Assembly: GCA_012295275.1 (NCBI GenBank)
Contig: CM022665.1
Span: forward strand, 46,376,001-46,440,000
Direction of reading: 5' to 3'
Origin: Chrysomallon squamiferum
Lineage: Eukaryota > Animalia > Mollusca
Length of the DNA: 64,000 bases
A program made the translations under genes and the position numbers. The notes under the pieces were generated by a model that was given only the letters and a program-made list of their open reading frames with translations, did no database searches and was not told where the DNA came from. Of the stretch, positions 13,562 to 26,744 are shown one piece after another (position 1 is the first letter of the stretch; every line of letters begins with the position of its first letter).

Positions 13562-14235
13562 TGAGATAACAAATATATTACACACATCAGACAATATTCT
13601 ACATATTAATTATGTAGCTGTAAATGTAAGATAACAAATATATTACACTCACGAGATAAAATTCTACATATTAATTATGTAAATGTAAGATAAGAAATGT
13701 ATTACACACACATCAGTTAATATTCTACATATTAACTACATAGTTGTAAATGTAAGATAAGAAATGTATTACACACACATCAGTTAATATTCTACATATT
13801 AACTACATAGTTGTAAATGTAAGATAAGAAATATATTACACACACATCAGTTAATATTCTACATATTAACTCTGTAGTTATAAGATAACAAATATATTAT
13901 ACAAATTAGATAATATTCTAAAATGTATTACATACACATCAAATATTCTACATATTAACTACATAGTTGTAAATGTAAGATAAAAAATATATTACACACA
14001 CATCAGATAATATTCTACATATTAACTATGTAGTTATAAGATAACAAATATATTATACAAATTAGATAATATTCTGCATATTAACTATGTAAATGTAAGT
14101 TAACAAATGTATTACACACACCAGATAATATTCTGCATATTAACTATGTAGTTGTAAATGTAAGATAACAAATATATTACACACACACCAGATAATACTC
14201 TGCATATTAACTATGTGGTTGTCAGATAACAAATA
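13562..14235. repeat. Minisatellite of about 60-67 bp, about 11 copies
   Basis: Consensus GTAAATGTAAGATAACAAATATATTACACACACATCAGATAATATTCTACATATTAACTATGTAGTT; copies at 13681 and 13748. Confidence 0.92.
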
Positions 14236-14464
14236 TGCCAGCAGTAGATGTGTAATCTTTGAAGTCAGCGGGGAGTTCAGATGATAACAGAAAAGAGAAA
14301 ATTATTTTAAATAATTATAAAGGCTGTGAGAGAGGGAGAGACAGTCAATACAAGTCATTTAAATTTTATAATTGCGACTGCAGATAAAAACGTGACCAGT
14401 TCCGACAATTTTTCTAAGTCACTGATCTCTGTGGTAAAAAAAAATGTAGTTCACTTTTGACATT

Positions 14465-14845
14465 GGTCTGGTCCTTGTGTGGAGGTTTAGTTACTGGTTT
14501 CTTCAAGTAGGTTTTAATACTGGTCTCTGTATGGGAGGTATGAAGAGTGGTCTCTATAGGCAGGTTAAATGACTAGTCCTGTACAGGCAGGTTTAAATAG
14601 TGGTCTCTGTAGACAGGTTTCAAGTCCAGTCTCTGTAGACAGGTTTCAAGTCTGGTCTGTATAAGCAGGTTTAAAGAGTGGTCTCTACAGACAGGTTAAA
14701 AGTCTGGTCTCTATAGACAGGTTAAAAGTCTGGTCTCTATAGACAGGTCAAAAGTTTGGTCTCTATAGACAGGTTAAAAGTCTGGTCTCTACAGACAGGA
14801 CAAAAGTCTGGTCTCTACAGACAGGTTAAAAGTCTGGTCTCTATA
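14465..14845. repeat. 26-bp minisatellite, about 14 copies, diverged on the left and homogeneous on the right
   Basis: AGACAGGTTAAAAGTCTGGTCTCTAT; copies at 14701 and 14727. Confidence 0.92.
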
Positions 14846-15164
14846 TTTTTAACACTAGCTGTTGTATAGCATTTCTATATATATATACATTCAAGGAGAC
14901 TGGTCAGTTTGACAGTGGCCAGAACACTGGTCAGTAGATAACTAATTGAAAAACAGGTGCCTCAACACACAGATGTGATATCTAATTAGACCTGACAGGT
15001 ATTACGTTTAATGTGTCACCTTCGTTGTGAGTCAGATTAATATTATATAGCGTTATTACTTCTTGGCTGTGGCATCATTAACAAGTTGTATGAACCTGTT
15101 GTGCAGACATTTGTAGTTATAAGTTGTGTATTTAATTTACAATTTACTATAATGGACGATTTAA

Positions 15165-15505
15165 CACACACACACACACATAAACATAACAATATATAGA
15201 TTACTAGATGTATCTTAAATCACACACATACACACACAAATGAACACAAACAAACACACACACACTTTTGCACACAAACATACTTATGCTCATGCACACA
15301 CATACATTCATACATACATACATACATACATAATACACTCACACTACATACATTGATACACACATATATACATACACACACATACATACATACACATACA
15401 CATACATACACATACATACATACATACATACATTCATACATACACACACACACGTACATACATACATACATACATATATACATACATACATACATACACA
15501 TAACT
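15165..15505. repeat. (CA)/(CATA)n block
   Basis: Direct reading. Confidence 0.9.
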
Positions 15506-15799
15506 AATACTTCTTATGAGTATCAATTTTTTTTTATAATTTTTTTTTTATTAAAAACATATCCCAAACCTAGAAAATAATTCACCATAACAGAATCCCA
15601 TCACACAACATCAGATTACGAATCATCAATAATGCTAAGCTAAAACTGCCGGTGAAAATGAAAGACAATTCTCCATGATTTAATTCAACACGACAATAAA
15701 AAAAACATACAGAGATAAACATGTCTTATCTCCAGCATGCACAGCAATGCATTAGCTCCATGTTACTATTAATAGCTGTCAACCTGTTTTTCACATGGA

Positions 15800-16666
15800 C
15801 ACACACACACACAAAAATATATATGTACACACCCACAGAACAGAACTAAACAAAACAAGTGAGAGATAATAAAAACAGTAATTAACAGATCAGTGTTCAA
15901 ACAGACACACACACACACAGACACACACACGTACAGAATAGAACTAAACAAAAACAAGTGAGAGATAATGAAAACACTGATTAACAAAACAGTGAACAGA
16001 CACACACACACACAAACACACAGACAGAATAGAACTAAACAAAAACAAGTGAGAGATAATGAAAACAGTGATTAACAAAACAATGAACAGACACACACAC
16101 ACACAAACACACAGACAGAATAGAACTAAACAAAAACAAGTGAGAGATAATGAAAACTGTGATTAACAGAACAGTGTTCAAACAGACACACACACAGACA
16201 CACAAACACACACAGAATGAAACTAAACAAAAACAAGTGAAAGATAATGAAAACTGTGATTAACAGAACAGTGAACAGACACACACACACACAAACAGAC
16301 AGAATAGAACTAAACAAAAACAAGTGAGAGATAATGAAAACTGTGATTAACAAACAGTGAACAGACACACACACACACACAACACACAGACAGAATAGAA
16401 CTAAACAAAAACAAGTGAGAGATAATGAAAACTGTGATTAACAGAACAGTGAACAGACACACACACACACACAAACACACAGACAGAATAGAACTAAACA
16501 AAAACAAGTGAGAGATAATGAAAACAGTGATTAATGGAACAGTGTTGAACACACACACACACACACACAGACAGAACACACAAACAAAAATAGCAAAACA
16601 CAACACAAAACACACTCACAGAATAGAATAATGAAAACAGTGATTAATGAAAACAGTGTTCAAACA

Positions 16667-16708
<42 letters not shown>

Positions 16709-17036
16709 GAATAGAACTAAACAAAAACAAAATAAGAAAACTGTGATTAACGGAACAGTGAACAGACACACACACACAAACAAACACACAGAATAGAACT
16801 AAACAAAAACAAGTGAGAGATAATGAAAACTGTGATTAACGGAACAGTGAACAGACACACACACACACAAACACACAGAATAGAACTAAACAAAAACAAG
16901 TGAGAGATAATGAAAACAGTGATTAACGGAACAATGAACAGACACACACACAAACACACAAACACACAGACATAATAGAACTAAACAAAAACAAGTGAGA
17001 GATAATGAAAACTGTGATTAAAGGAACAGTGAACAG
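15800..17036. repeat. Composite tandem repeat: conserved core of about 65 bp plus variable (CA)n, about 14 copies
   Basis: Core CAGAATAGAACTAAACAAAAACAAGTGAGAGATAATGAAAACTGTGATTAACAGAACAGTGAACAGA followed by (CA)n of varying length. Confidence 0.95.
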
Positions 17037-17181
17037 CAGAACCACTGCACCGTTAAATATCACGTCCACACTTCAGTGAGTTGTGGCGTGTTTTGTAATC
17101 ATGTACAATATCACTGATATTAACTAGTTGTCACTTGTGTAATACGCTTTGTATTACCTGTGTAGTTGTATGCATATGTGT

Positions 17182-17680
17182 GTTAACTATGTAGAAATAA
17201 AATGCTTTGTATTAACTATGTAGAAATAAAATGCTTTGTATTAACTATGTAGATACAATATGCTTTGTATTAACTATGTAGATATAATATGCTTTGTATT
17301 AACTAAGTAGACATAATATGCTCTGTATTAACTATGTAGATAAAATATGCTTTGTTTTAACTATGTAGATAAAATATGCTTTGTTTTAACTATGTAGATA
17401 TAATATGCTTTGTATTAACTATGTAGATAAAATATGCTTTGTTTTAACTATGTAGACATAATATGCTCTGTATTAACTATGTAGATAAAATATGCTTTAT
17501 AATAACTATGTAGATAAAATATGCTTTGTTTTAACTATGTAGATATAATATGCTTTGTATTAACTATGTAGATAAAATATGCTTTGTATTAACTATGTGT
17601 ATTTGTATCTTAACTATGCAAATATAATATGCTTCATCTTAACTATGTAAATATAATATGCTTTAATATTAACTATGTAG
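17182..17680. repeat. 29-bp minisatellite, about 16 copies
   Basis: TTAACTATGTAGATAAAATATGCTTTGTA; copies at 17341 and 17370. Confidence 0.95.
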
Positions 17681-17899
17681 TTGACAAATGTCAAGCTATC
17701 TAAGTATATATAATATTCTTTATATTATCTATTTAGTTTTAATATTGATAGGAACCAGTTGTTGCATGTGTAATATGCTTTATATTAACTACTTATATGT
17801 ATATGTTAACTAAGTAGATATAATATTTTTTTTTATATTAACTATTTAGCTGTAATACTGCTATGAACCTGTTACTGCAGGTATAATATTATTATAGGT

Positions 17900-18745
17900 T
17901 ATTTGTGTTAACTAGGTAGTTGTGAGTTTCATATTAACTATGCAGTCATAAGTAATATTCTTTATATTAACTAAAAAATGAAGTGTAATATTTTTTACAT
18001 TAACTATGTAGTTGTAATATTCTTTATACTGACTAGCTGTAAATGTAATTTTATTTATATTAACTACATAGTTGTGAGTTTAATATTCTTTATATTAACT
18101 ATGTAGTTTCAAGTGTAATATTTCTTTTATTAACAAAGTAGTTTTAAATGTAATATTTCTTTTATTAACTATGCAGTTTTAAGTGTAATATATTTTATAT
18201 TAACTAAGTAGTTTTAAGTGTAATATATTTTATATTAACTAAGTAGTTTCAAGTGTAATATTTCTTTTATTAACAAAGTAGTTTTAAATGTAATATTTCT
18301 TTTATTAACTATGCAGTTTTAAGTGTAATATATTTTATATTAACTAAGTAGTTTTAAGTGTAATATATTTTATATTAACTAAGTAGTTTTAAGTGTAATA
18401 TATTTTATATTAACTAAGTAGTTTTAAGTGTAATATATTTTATATTAACTAAGTAGTTTTAAGTGTAATATTCTTTATATTAACTAAGTAGTTTTAAGTG
18501 TAATATATTTTATATTAACTAAGTAGTTTTAAGTGTAATATTTCTTTTATTAACTATGCAGTTTTAAATGTAATATTTATTTTATTAACTATGCAGTTTT
18601 AAGTGTAATATATTTTATATTAACTAAGTAGTTTTAAGTGTAATATATTTCATATTAATCATGTAGTTTTAAGTGCAACATTCTTTACAGTAACTAAACA
18701 GTTTCAACTGTAATATTATTGATATATATTTCTAAGTGTAATATT
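17900..18745. repeat. 35-bp minisatellite, more than 20 copies, joined to the 29-bp array by degenerate related units
   Basis: TATTAACTAAGTAGTTTTAAGTGTAATATATTTTA; copies at 18361 and 18396. Confidence 0.93.
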
Positions 18746-18898
18746 TTGGGTTTATCTCTGAGAGAAATATTCTATCTATTCCACTATGAAGTTTTATCTG
18801 CAATAAAACTATTTATCATATAATAAAACAACCTGAGCTTTTCTTTTTTTTTAAAAAGAAACACCCCAAAAAAACAATAATTTTTCACATTAACCTAC

Positions 18899-19188
18899 CT
18901 TGACGGCAGTATCACTCTGAATGTTTTCTAGACCAGAACTATTAGCTACATCCACACTACAAAACAACAACCACCACTACTAAAACAACAATAGTAGCGT
19001 CGGTGTACCATCCTTTTCGCGTAGAACACACATCTGACACTGCGAACGGCTGCGACTGTCTGCAGCAACGTCAAACATACTCCAACGACGTTTCAACCAA
19101 CTACGGCACTTTGGAGTGAAAACAAGTGTCAGCTGAAAGCATCGTCGATTCCACTGCGCACTCACAGAGACTGAGACAGGCTGAGACT
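18899..19188 (-). other. Candidate non-coding (5'-UTR or lncRNA) exon
   Basis: One of the most CpG-rich segments of the window; ends at CAAG|GTAGGT (last exon base 18899) where composition drops to AT-rich; starts at TCAGTC motifs after a CT tract; all three frames contain stops. Confidence 0.45.
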
Positions 19189-19780
19189 GAGAGAGAAGAG
19201 AGAGAGAGCCAGCCTAGCTATGCAGTAGCAGCAGCATCATCATCATTGCCGTCTTCTTCTCTGGGTATTGATTGAACACAAATATACTCCAATAAGAATT
19301 CTCAACTTTCACATAGGCAGTTTCTCTCACTCTCTATCTCTGTGTGTGTGTGTGTCGGAATTTTTCTTCTTCTTTTTCTTTTTTTTTTTTTTTGTGGCAA
19401 CCGCGATAATGAATATATTTCCTATCCTCTTTAACAGTTTAGTCCGAACTGTTCAGTGATGTGTGTCTGTGTATCTGTTTGTGTGTGGACTGTGTCTGTG
19501 TGTGTGAGAAAGTCTTAAAATAAAATAAGTAACAAATACTGAAGAGCTGATGCCAAATGTTGCAAACACAGTTTTTGAGAATATATATTTGCCCCGAGGG
19601 AACTTGGTTGGTTTTTCGTTCTTTCTTTCTTCTAGCAAGTGTTGCTTGGACTGCAGGAAACTGCAGCTTCGGCTGCGACCGAATCTGTTAGCCAGTTGGT
19701 GGAAAGAGGCGAACAAATAGGAGATGGCTATCTGTGGAAATTATTAATCTCGGGAGATGGAGGCGAGTGTAGATGTTTCA
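19165..19780. promoter_or_regulatory. Candidate core/proximal promoter region
   Basis: Two minus-strand Inr-like TCAGTC (19190-19185 and 19174-19169), GA tract at 19189-19208, CpG-containing unique sequence extending to about 19780. Confidence 0.35.
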
Positions 19781-21087
19781 GTTTTTTGTTGTGGTGGTGG
19801 GGAAAGAAATAAAATAAAATAAAAAAATAAAAATTAATGATGACGAAACAAGTTTTTATGCAGATGAAGAAGTGAAGACAATGTCCTTTACTTGCTGGCT
19901 GGCATTAAAATATATATATTTTTTTTAAATAATTTTTTTTTTTTTTTTTTTCTCTCTTGTGTGAGTCCTTTTAACTGGATGTGTTTGACGAGTGGGGTGA
20001 ATATGACGTGCAATTATGATGAGTAATGACAAAAATTTTGACGAAAAAGAGTAGAGTGTTGTTGTTGCTAGTACTCAGACATAAGTTTTAATGAAAAAGA
20101 AAAAAGAAAAAGAGAGATAAAGAAAAAATGAAAATGAAGGAAGGTTAAGAAAAAAAAAAATGGAGGAGAGATGTAAAAAATAAAAATAAAAAATGGAAAA
20201 AAAAGGATTAATGTTTCTGTTAGATGTGAAGAGTTGGTTGTTTTTAATACAATAGTCAGCTGTACTGTTATTTTTATTATTATTATTTTTATTTCTTTTT
20301 CTTTTTTTTAAATAAGAGTTTTATTCTTTTCTTTTTTTATTATTATTATTATTACACTTTTTTGATGATGGATTAGAAAGGAATTTTTGTTGTCATATTT
20401 TGGTAAAAAAAAACATAAAAAAAAACAAAACATCAGTAAAAATCTAGTCTAAATGTCTTGATAAATCATAAATTTCCACAGATATATAAATTCATACAAA
20501 CACTTCATGGACAATGGGATTTTCATCCATGTATTTAATGTGTGTGTGTGTGTGTACATGTGTGCACATGTGTGTGTGAATGTGTGTGTGTGTATGAACT
20601 GAAACAACAGGAGACATTATTTATCAGGTTTTTTTATTCACACATACTTTCTGTTAATTTTTAAAATAAAAATACATGGTATGTACTGCTAAATAAAACT
20701 GCCACTTTTAATTTCTTTAACCCACTGTATTTCAAATATGAAACTTCTGTAAAATACCTAAGTATCACTTTTAGGCTAAATTTCATTATTTACTGTATCA
20801 ATGTTAAACTGAATTTCATAATTTACTATATCAATTCTAAACTAAATTAAATAATTTACCTATATCATTTTTATTCACTATACGACATTCAAAAACTCAA
20901 AATTCAAACATCTATGTTAAGATCACATTTTATTTTTTATTTTTAGATATTTTAATGACTGTCTGCAAAAAGAAGAAAAAAAAAAATGGCAGACTGTAAC
21001 AGAAAACAAAACTATTAGGTCAAACATTGCCTTAGGGGAGGGGGCAAGTCAATATAAAAAAAAAAATGACTGACATGATCACTGTCT

Positions 21088-21350
21088 TGTATTACACAGT
21101 TTGAGTATAATTTTAATATCTGCTGACAGCTGACTAGACTGCCATGTACTATCAGCTTTTATTACACAGTGATATACAACTATAGACCATGATACTTTTT
21201 ATTACACAGTGATACGTAACTATACACCCCAATACTAGTCATTAATTTCATCTTGTGTTATACCATCTGATACTTTTTATTACACAGTGATATATAACTA
21301 CACACCCTGATATACCAGTCGTTAATTTTACCTTGTGTTATACCATCTAT
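21088..21350. repeat. Degenerate tandem repeat, 4 copies of a TATTACACAGT core
   Basis: TTTTATTACACAGTGATATACAACTA recurs; TAATTT..CTTGTGTTATACCATCT is duplicated. Confidence 0.75.
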
Positions 21351-21599
21351 TAGTAACAGAATCTGCAGCTAAAGAGTTTTATGTGATAACTAAATCTTAG
21401 GGATGACAATAAAGCAGGTTAGTGATACAGCTGGTTTCATAATAAATGTCTACAAGATGATAATAGATTCTGCCAGTTGCTTACAAAGGCTTATGTCATG
21501 GTATTATTATGTTCTGCTGTGTGGTATTACATTTTAATACACTGTTAGTATATCATGTCTCATATGTTTACAAGCTGGTAATTTGTCATTTCAGATAAA

Positions 21600-22075
21600 C
21601 ATGTCAGCTATTTGAAAAAAATGTGCTGATATATGTTAGTGTTCTACTATTTAAAAACATGTTCTTCTGTACGATACATTGTTCTTTTTGAAAAAGTGTT
21701 CTACTATATGATAAAATGTTCTGTTTAAAAACATTTTTTCTGTTTAATGTAGTGTTTTACCTTATGATAACGTTTTCTACTATTTGAAAAAAAAAATGTT
21801 TTACTATTTGAAAACATGTTCTACGTTGTATAACAATGTGTTCAATCATTTCAATAAATGTCATATTATATGGTAAACCTTTCTACTGTTAGAAAAAAAA
21901 AAATGTTTTACTATATACTAGTGTTCTACTGTTTGAAAACATGTTGAACTTTGTATGACAATGTGTTCAACTATTTGAATAAATGTCGTAATATACAATA
22001 AACTTTTCCACTGTTTGAAAAAACACACTGTTTTACTATATACTAGTGTTCTACTGTCTGAAAACATGTTCTTCT
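21600..22075. repeat. Degenerate repeat of about 20 bp with a larger internal duplication
   Basis: TGTTCTACTATTTGAAAACA-like units; about 21800-21915 resembles about 21925-22040. Confidence 0.7.
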
Positions 22076-22608
22076 ACCTAGCAACACCTTCTCCTTCTAG
22101 GTTGACAATGTCCTACAATCCAGCAACCTAGCAACAAGTTAATCTCCTTGGTAACATGTTCTGCCACACAAATCTACAACTCAGCAACATGCTCTGTTGA
22201 CTGAAAATTGGCTCTACACTCATTGGTAAACTGATCTATTTAAAAAAAAAGAGACCATTTAACTAGCTCTGAATGAAGTTGTGTTTGTGTGACAATGCAC
22301 TCATACAACTACCACTACCACCACCACCACCACCACCAACACCACTACAACAGAATGTTTCACACTGGCAAAACGCACAAAAAAACAACAACCTCCATCA
22401 ACTCTCGTCCCATACGGTGTCTTTACATATTTGTTCAACAACTGTCACCAACACCTAGTGAATGGAAAAACAATTTAAAAGAAAAAAGGAAAAAAAAAAA
22501 AAAAAAAGTAATGAAAATTCTTAATTTTACACACAAAAGCAGACACAGAGTTTGGGTTAAAAAAAAAAAAATCAATAACAATTCGAGGCCCCTTTCAGAA
22601 TTATTAGT

Positions 22609-22726
<118 letters not shown>

Positions 22727-23102
22727 GGACATTCTACCCTTGAGTGATCTTTGTTTTATCTGTTTAAGGTTGTTGTCCGACTCAAACAGACAACAGAAAT
22801 GTCCATGTGTCTGTCTGTCTGTGTGTGTGTGTGTGTGTGTGCAAAGAAAACCTTACAATAACCACTTGACAGAGTAATATTAACAGACGTGTGCCTGTGA
22901 CAACTGAAAAATTGCCGCCACCGATGCTGCTGTTTGCTGTTGTTGCTGCTCGTAGTTTAACGCGATTATAAATTTTCATCTCTCAATGAGATGAGATGGA
23001 TTGTGTCAGGTTCCATAGGGAGAATATTGCATCTTGTTGCCGTAGAAATGACAAGCTACAGGAGAAATTCATTGGCGAAAATTGATGGTGTCGGAAATGT
23101 GT

Positions 23103-23936
23103 GCAGTTGAGATGATGAAAGAGTTTTTGGGGGGAAAAAAAGTTGGCGAGGAACAGTTGAGATGATGAAAGAGTTGACTAGGGACAGTTGAGATGATGAA
23201 AGAGTTGACTAGGGACAGTTGAGATGATGAAAGAGTTTGGGGAAGAGTTGACTAGGAACAGTTGAGATGATGAAAGAGTTGGCTAGGGACAGTTGAGATG
23301 ATGAAAGAGTTTGGGGAAGAGTTGACTAGGAACAGTTGAGATGATGAAAGAGTTGACTAGGGACAGTTGAGATGATGAAAGAGTTGGCTAGGGACAGTTG
23401 AGATGATGAAAGAGTTGACTAGGGACAGTTGAGATGATGAAAGAGTTGAATAGGGACAGTTGAGATGATGAAAGAGTTGGCGAGGGACAGTTGAGATGAT
23501 GAAAGAGTTGACTAGGGACAGTTGAGATGATGAAAGAGTTGACTAGGAACAATTGAGATGATGAAAGAGTTGACTAGGGACAGTTGAGATGATGAAAGAG
23601 TTGACTAGGGACAGTTGAGATGATGAAAGAGTTGACTAGGAACAGTTGAGATGATGAAAGAGTTGACTAGGAACAGTTGAGATGATGAAAGAGTTGACTA
23701 GGGACAGTTGAGATGATGAAAGAGTTGACTAGGGACAGTTGAGATGATGAAAGAGTTGACTAGGGACAGTTGAGATGATGAAAGAGTTGGCTAGGGACAG
23801 TTGAGATGATGAAAGAGTTGACTAGGGACAGTTGAGATGATGAAAGAGTTGATGAACAGTTCAGATGATGAAAGAGTTGACTAAGAACAATTCAGATGAT
23901 GAAAGAGTTGGGAAGAGTTGACTAGGAAAAGTTGAA
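23103..23936. repeat. 31-bp purine-rich minisatellite, about 25 copies
   Basis: CAGTTGAGATGATGAAAGAGTTGACTAGGGA; copies at 23581 and 23612; a few units carry an extra TGGGGAAGAGT. Confidence 0.97.
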
Positions 23937-24949
23937 ATGGTAGAGAAGTATTAATGTGATTATGACCATCTTTTGAAATATGCATCTGTATGTCTGTGTG
24001 TGTTTATGTGTGTGTTTGATTGTGTTTTTGTGAGAATATGTATATGTGTGTCTTTGTGTGTGTGTTTTATTATATAACTGTTTGTGTATGTCTCTGTATT
24101 TATGTATATGTAAATATGTGTATATATGTATTTGTTTGTTTGGTAAGTGTATGTCAATGTGGTATGTCTATTTCTTTGTTTGTCATCATCATTTTAAAAA
24201 CTGTTTTACACCAACTTTTAACATATTTCAGTAATTTCATCACAATGAACAGCTTATCCACTACATTGAAATCAAATTAACATAAGTCTGTGGTATGTAT
24301 TGCCTGAAGAAAACACAATGTATACAGTAGTTTATCAGACTGAACCGGCATTTCCGAACATTTCTGATTTAAATTACAAACATTTTAATCTGATATTATA
24401 ATGGTTTAATTTTGTTTGTTGAATACAAAATAAAAAAAATAAAAATAAAAATCATAATAATAGTTAATAAAATAATGAAAAAAAAAAAAACAGTTGCAAT
24501 GAATAAAAGAAAACTAATCCAATATATCCCAATTCATTTTAACTGCTATTATTATTATTATTATTCTTATTATTATTATTATTATTTAATAATCTGTTAT
24601 AAGGCAAACATTTACTTTTTTTTTTTTTTTTGCTAAAATGAAACTATGAATGATGAAAACTGTTATTTCATTTTTAAGCAAGTAACAGGAACAACGGGTC
24701 TCCAGCAACTCCTTTTCATTGATTACTGCTATCGAGACGCATTTTAAACTCTCTCCCACAGGCCAGAAAACATCTACTTTAACCTTCCGATAAACACTGG
24801 AGCAGTGGCCGGAACTGGTAATTAGCTCAGTGGATTCCACTGAGGAGTATTGATCACGTAAACCCATCACACGTGAAGCAGACGTATCAGCCAGAGAGAT
24901 GTAAACTGTTCCAGAAAATGTTGAATGTTTCTTTCCAAAACAAAATAAT

Positions 24950-25096
24950 TTTTAATAATTCAAAAAAAAATAAAAAAAAAAAAAAAACCTATATGAAACA
25001 CAGCTAATATAATTTTTGAATGTTTAATGAATATGGGGGGGACGATATTTTAAATGTTCAGTTTGATTTAAAATATTCCAGTGGTCTAAAATAATT

Positions 25097-25139
<43 letters not shown>

Positions 25140-26261
25140 AATGTGAATTTCAGAATAGTTTTGATTTTTGATTCTCTGGTGAAATGGTTACCATGGAAAC
25201 ATCATCTCACATGTTTAACAACACCAACAACAAAAAAAAAAAAAAAAAAAAAATAATAATAATAATAATAATAATAATCATAATCATAATCATAAATAAA
25301 TAATAATATTAACAATAACAATTATAAATAATAATAATAATAATAATAAGAAGAAGAAGAATTAAAATAATAATAATAATTTAAAAAAAATAATAATAAA
25401 ATAAAATAAAAATAAAAAATATTTAAAATATTTGCATAAATTTTTGGGGGGTTCTGTTCAACCCTATAATGTCACTTTTCTTATTTCTTTTAGTTTCAGA
25501 ATTTTTTGAAAAAAATTGATACTGTTATTTTTTTTTTTTTTCTAAATAAAATGCTTTCAGTATTTGTTTTTTTGTTTCTTTTTTTTAACATTCTGTTTTT
25601 TTCAAATGCAAATTATTTTGTCAATAATTTCTTCAAATAATGTTTTTAGATTATAATAATAATTTTTTTTTAGTGATTTTATTAAAAAAACAAATCTTTT
25701 AAAAAATATTTAATTTTCATTTCCATTTCATTATTTTCAGAAGTCAAAAAAAACTTTTTTTTTAAAACTTTTATATTATTTTTCCTTTTAAAAAAGTTGA
25801 TTTTAATATAAAATGAAACAAATTTAAGTATTGCTTTTATTTATTTATTTGAATATTTTGAAATATTTACTTTTTATAGCGTGTTTTAATATATTTTTTT
25901 TACAAAAACATTTTGAAATATTGATTGGTTTTGTTATTTAATCTGTAAATTATTCCTGATTTTTTCCTTTTCTCCTTTTTTCTTTTCTTTTTTTTCATTC
26001 CATTTTCAAGGCTACTTTTTCTTTCCTATTCTATTTAAAAAAAATTCTGTTGGTGTTTTCCACCATTTAGGGTGACTGTTTATTTTAAAGTTTCAACTAT
26101 TCAAATTTTTTTCACTTTTGCGTGTATTTTATTATTTTTTTTAAATAAAAATTTTTAAAAAAAAATGATCAGATGATGAACATTTTTGTTTATTTGTTTC
26201 TTTTGAAAAGTAAAGTTTTTAAGTAAAGTGTTATTTTGAATAAATTTTTTTCATTTATTAG

Positions 26262-26324
<63 letters not shown>

Positions 26325-26680
26325 GTGATGGTGATTATTATTATTATTACTATTATTACTATTAGATATTTGTAAAAATCAGAATGTGTATCTGTTTAAT
26401 TTAATAAATAAATAAATGAATAAATAAATAAATAAATAAATAAAATTAACAAACAAACACACAAAATAAAACAAATAATAAATCTATAAATAAACTAATC
26501 AGTCCACAAAAAAAAAAAAAAATCAAAATTTATAACTTTTCCTCTCTTGTTTATTCTTTTTTATTGATTTTTTTTTATTCTACTTCCTCAACAAAAGTAA
26601 AATCACTTGTCAAAAAGAAAGTAATAAAAAAAAAAAAGGAAAAAAATAAAAATTAAAATAAAATAAAAAACATTTAAAAA
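24950..26680. repeat. Extreme AT-rich low-complexity domain with (AAT)n, (AAAT)n and poly(A)/(T)
   Basis: A-rich, then T-rich, then A-rich; (AAT)n at 26264-26322. Confidence 0.75.
25187..25200. promoter_or_regulatory. RFX X-box motif
   Basis: GTTACCATGGAAAC matches GTTNCCATGGNAAC. Confidence 0.5.
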
Positions 26681-26744
26681 GCATTAGCTGTTAAGTCAAG
26701 TAAGAGGACATTTTTTTCTTAACACTGACAGGCACAAGCATAAA

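Noticed and set aside
15800-17036. CRISPR-like repeat/spacer appearance
   Set aside because: The spacers are (CA)n microsatellites rather than unique sequence, the repeat is too long, there are no cas genes and the context is eukaryotic
18980-19165. 61-aa minus-strand ORF within the CpG-rich island
   Set aside because: Non-ATG start, no recognisable homology and it stops before the splice donor; better read as non-coding or a uORF
19636-19812. Plus-strand 58-codon open frame after a pyrimidine tract and AG (QVLLGLQETAASAATESVSQLVERGEQIGDG...), with a faint R-SNARE-like ERGE motif
   Set aside because: Similarity is limited to a few residues, no heptad pattern continues and there is no convincing donor; a tBLASTn or RNA-seq check would be needed to revive it
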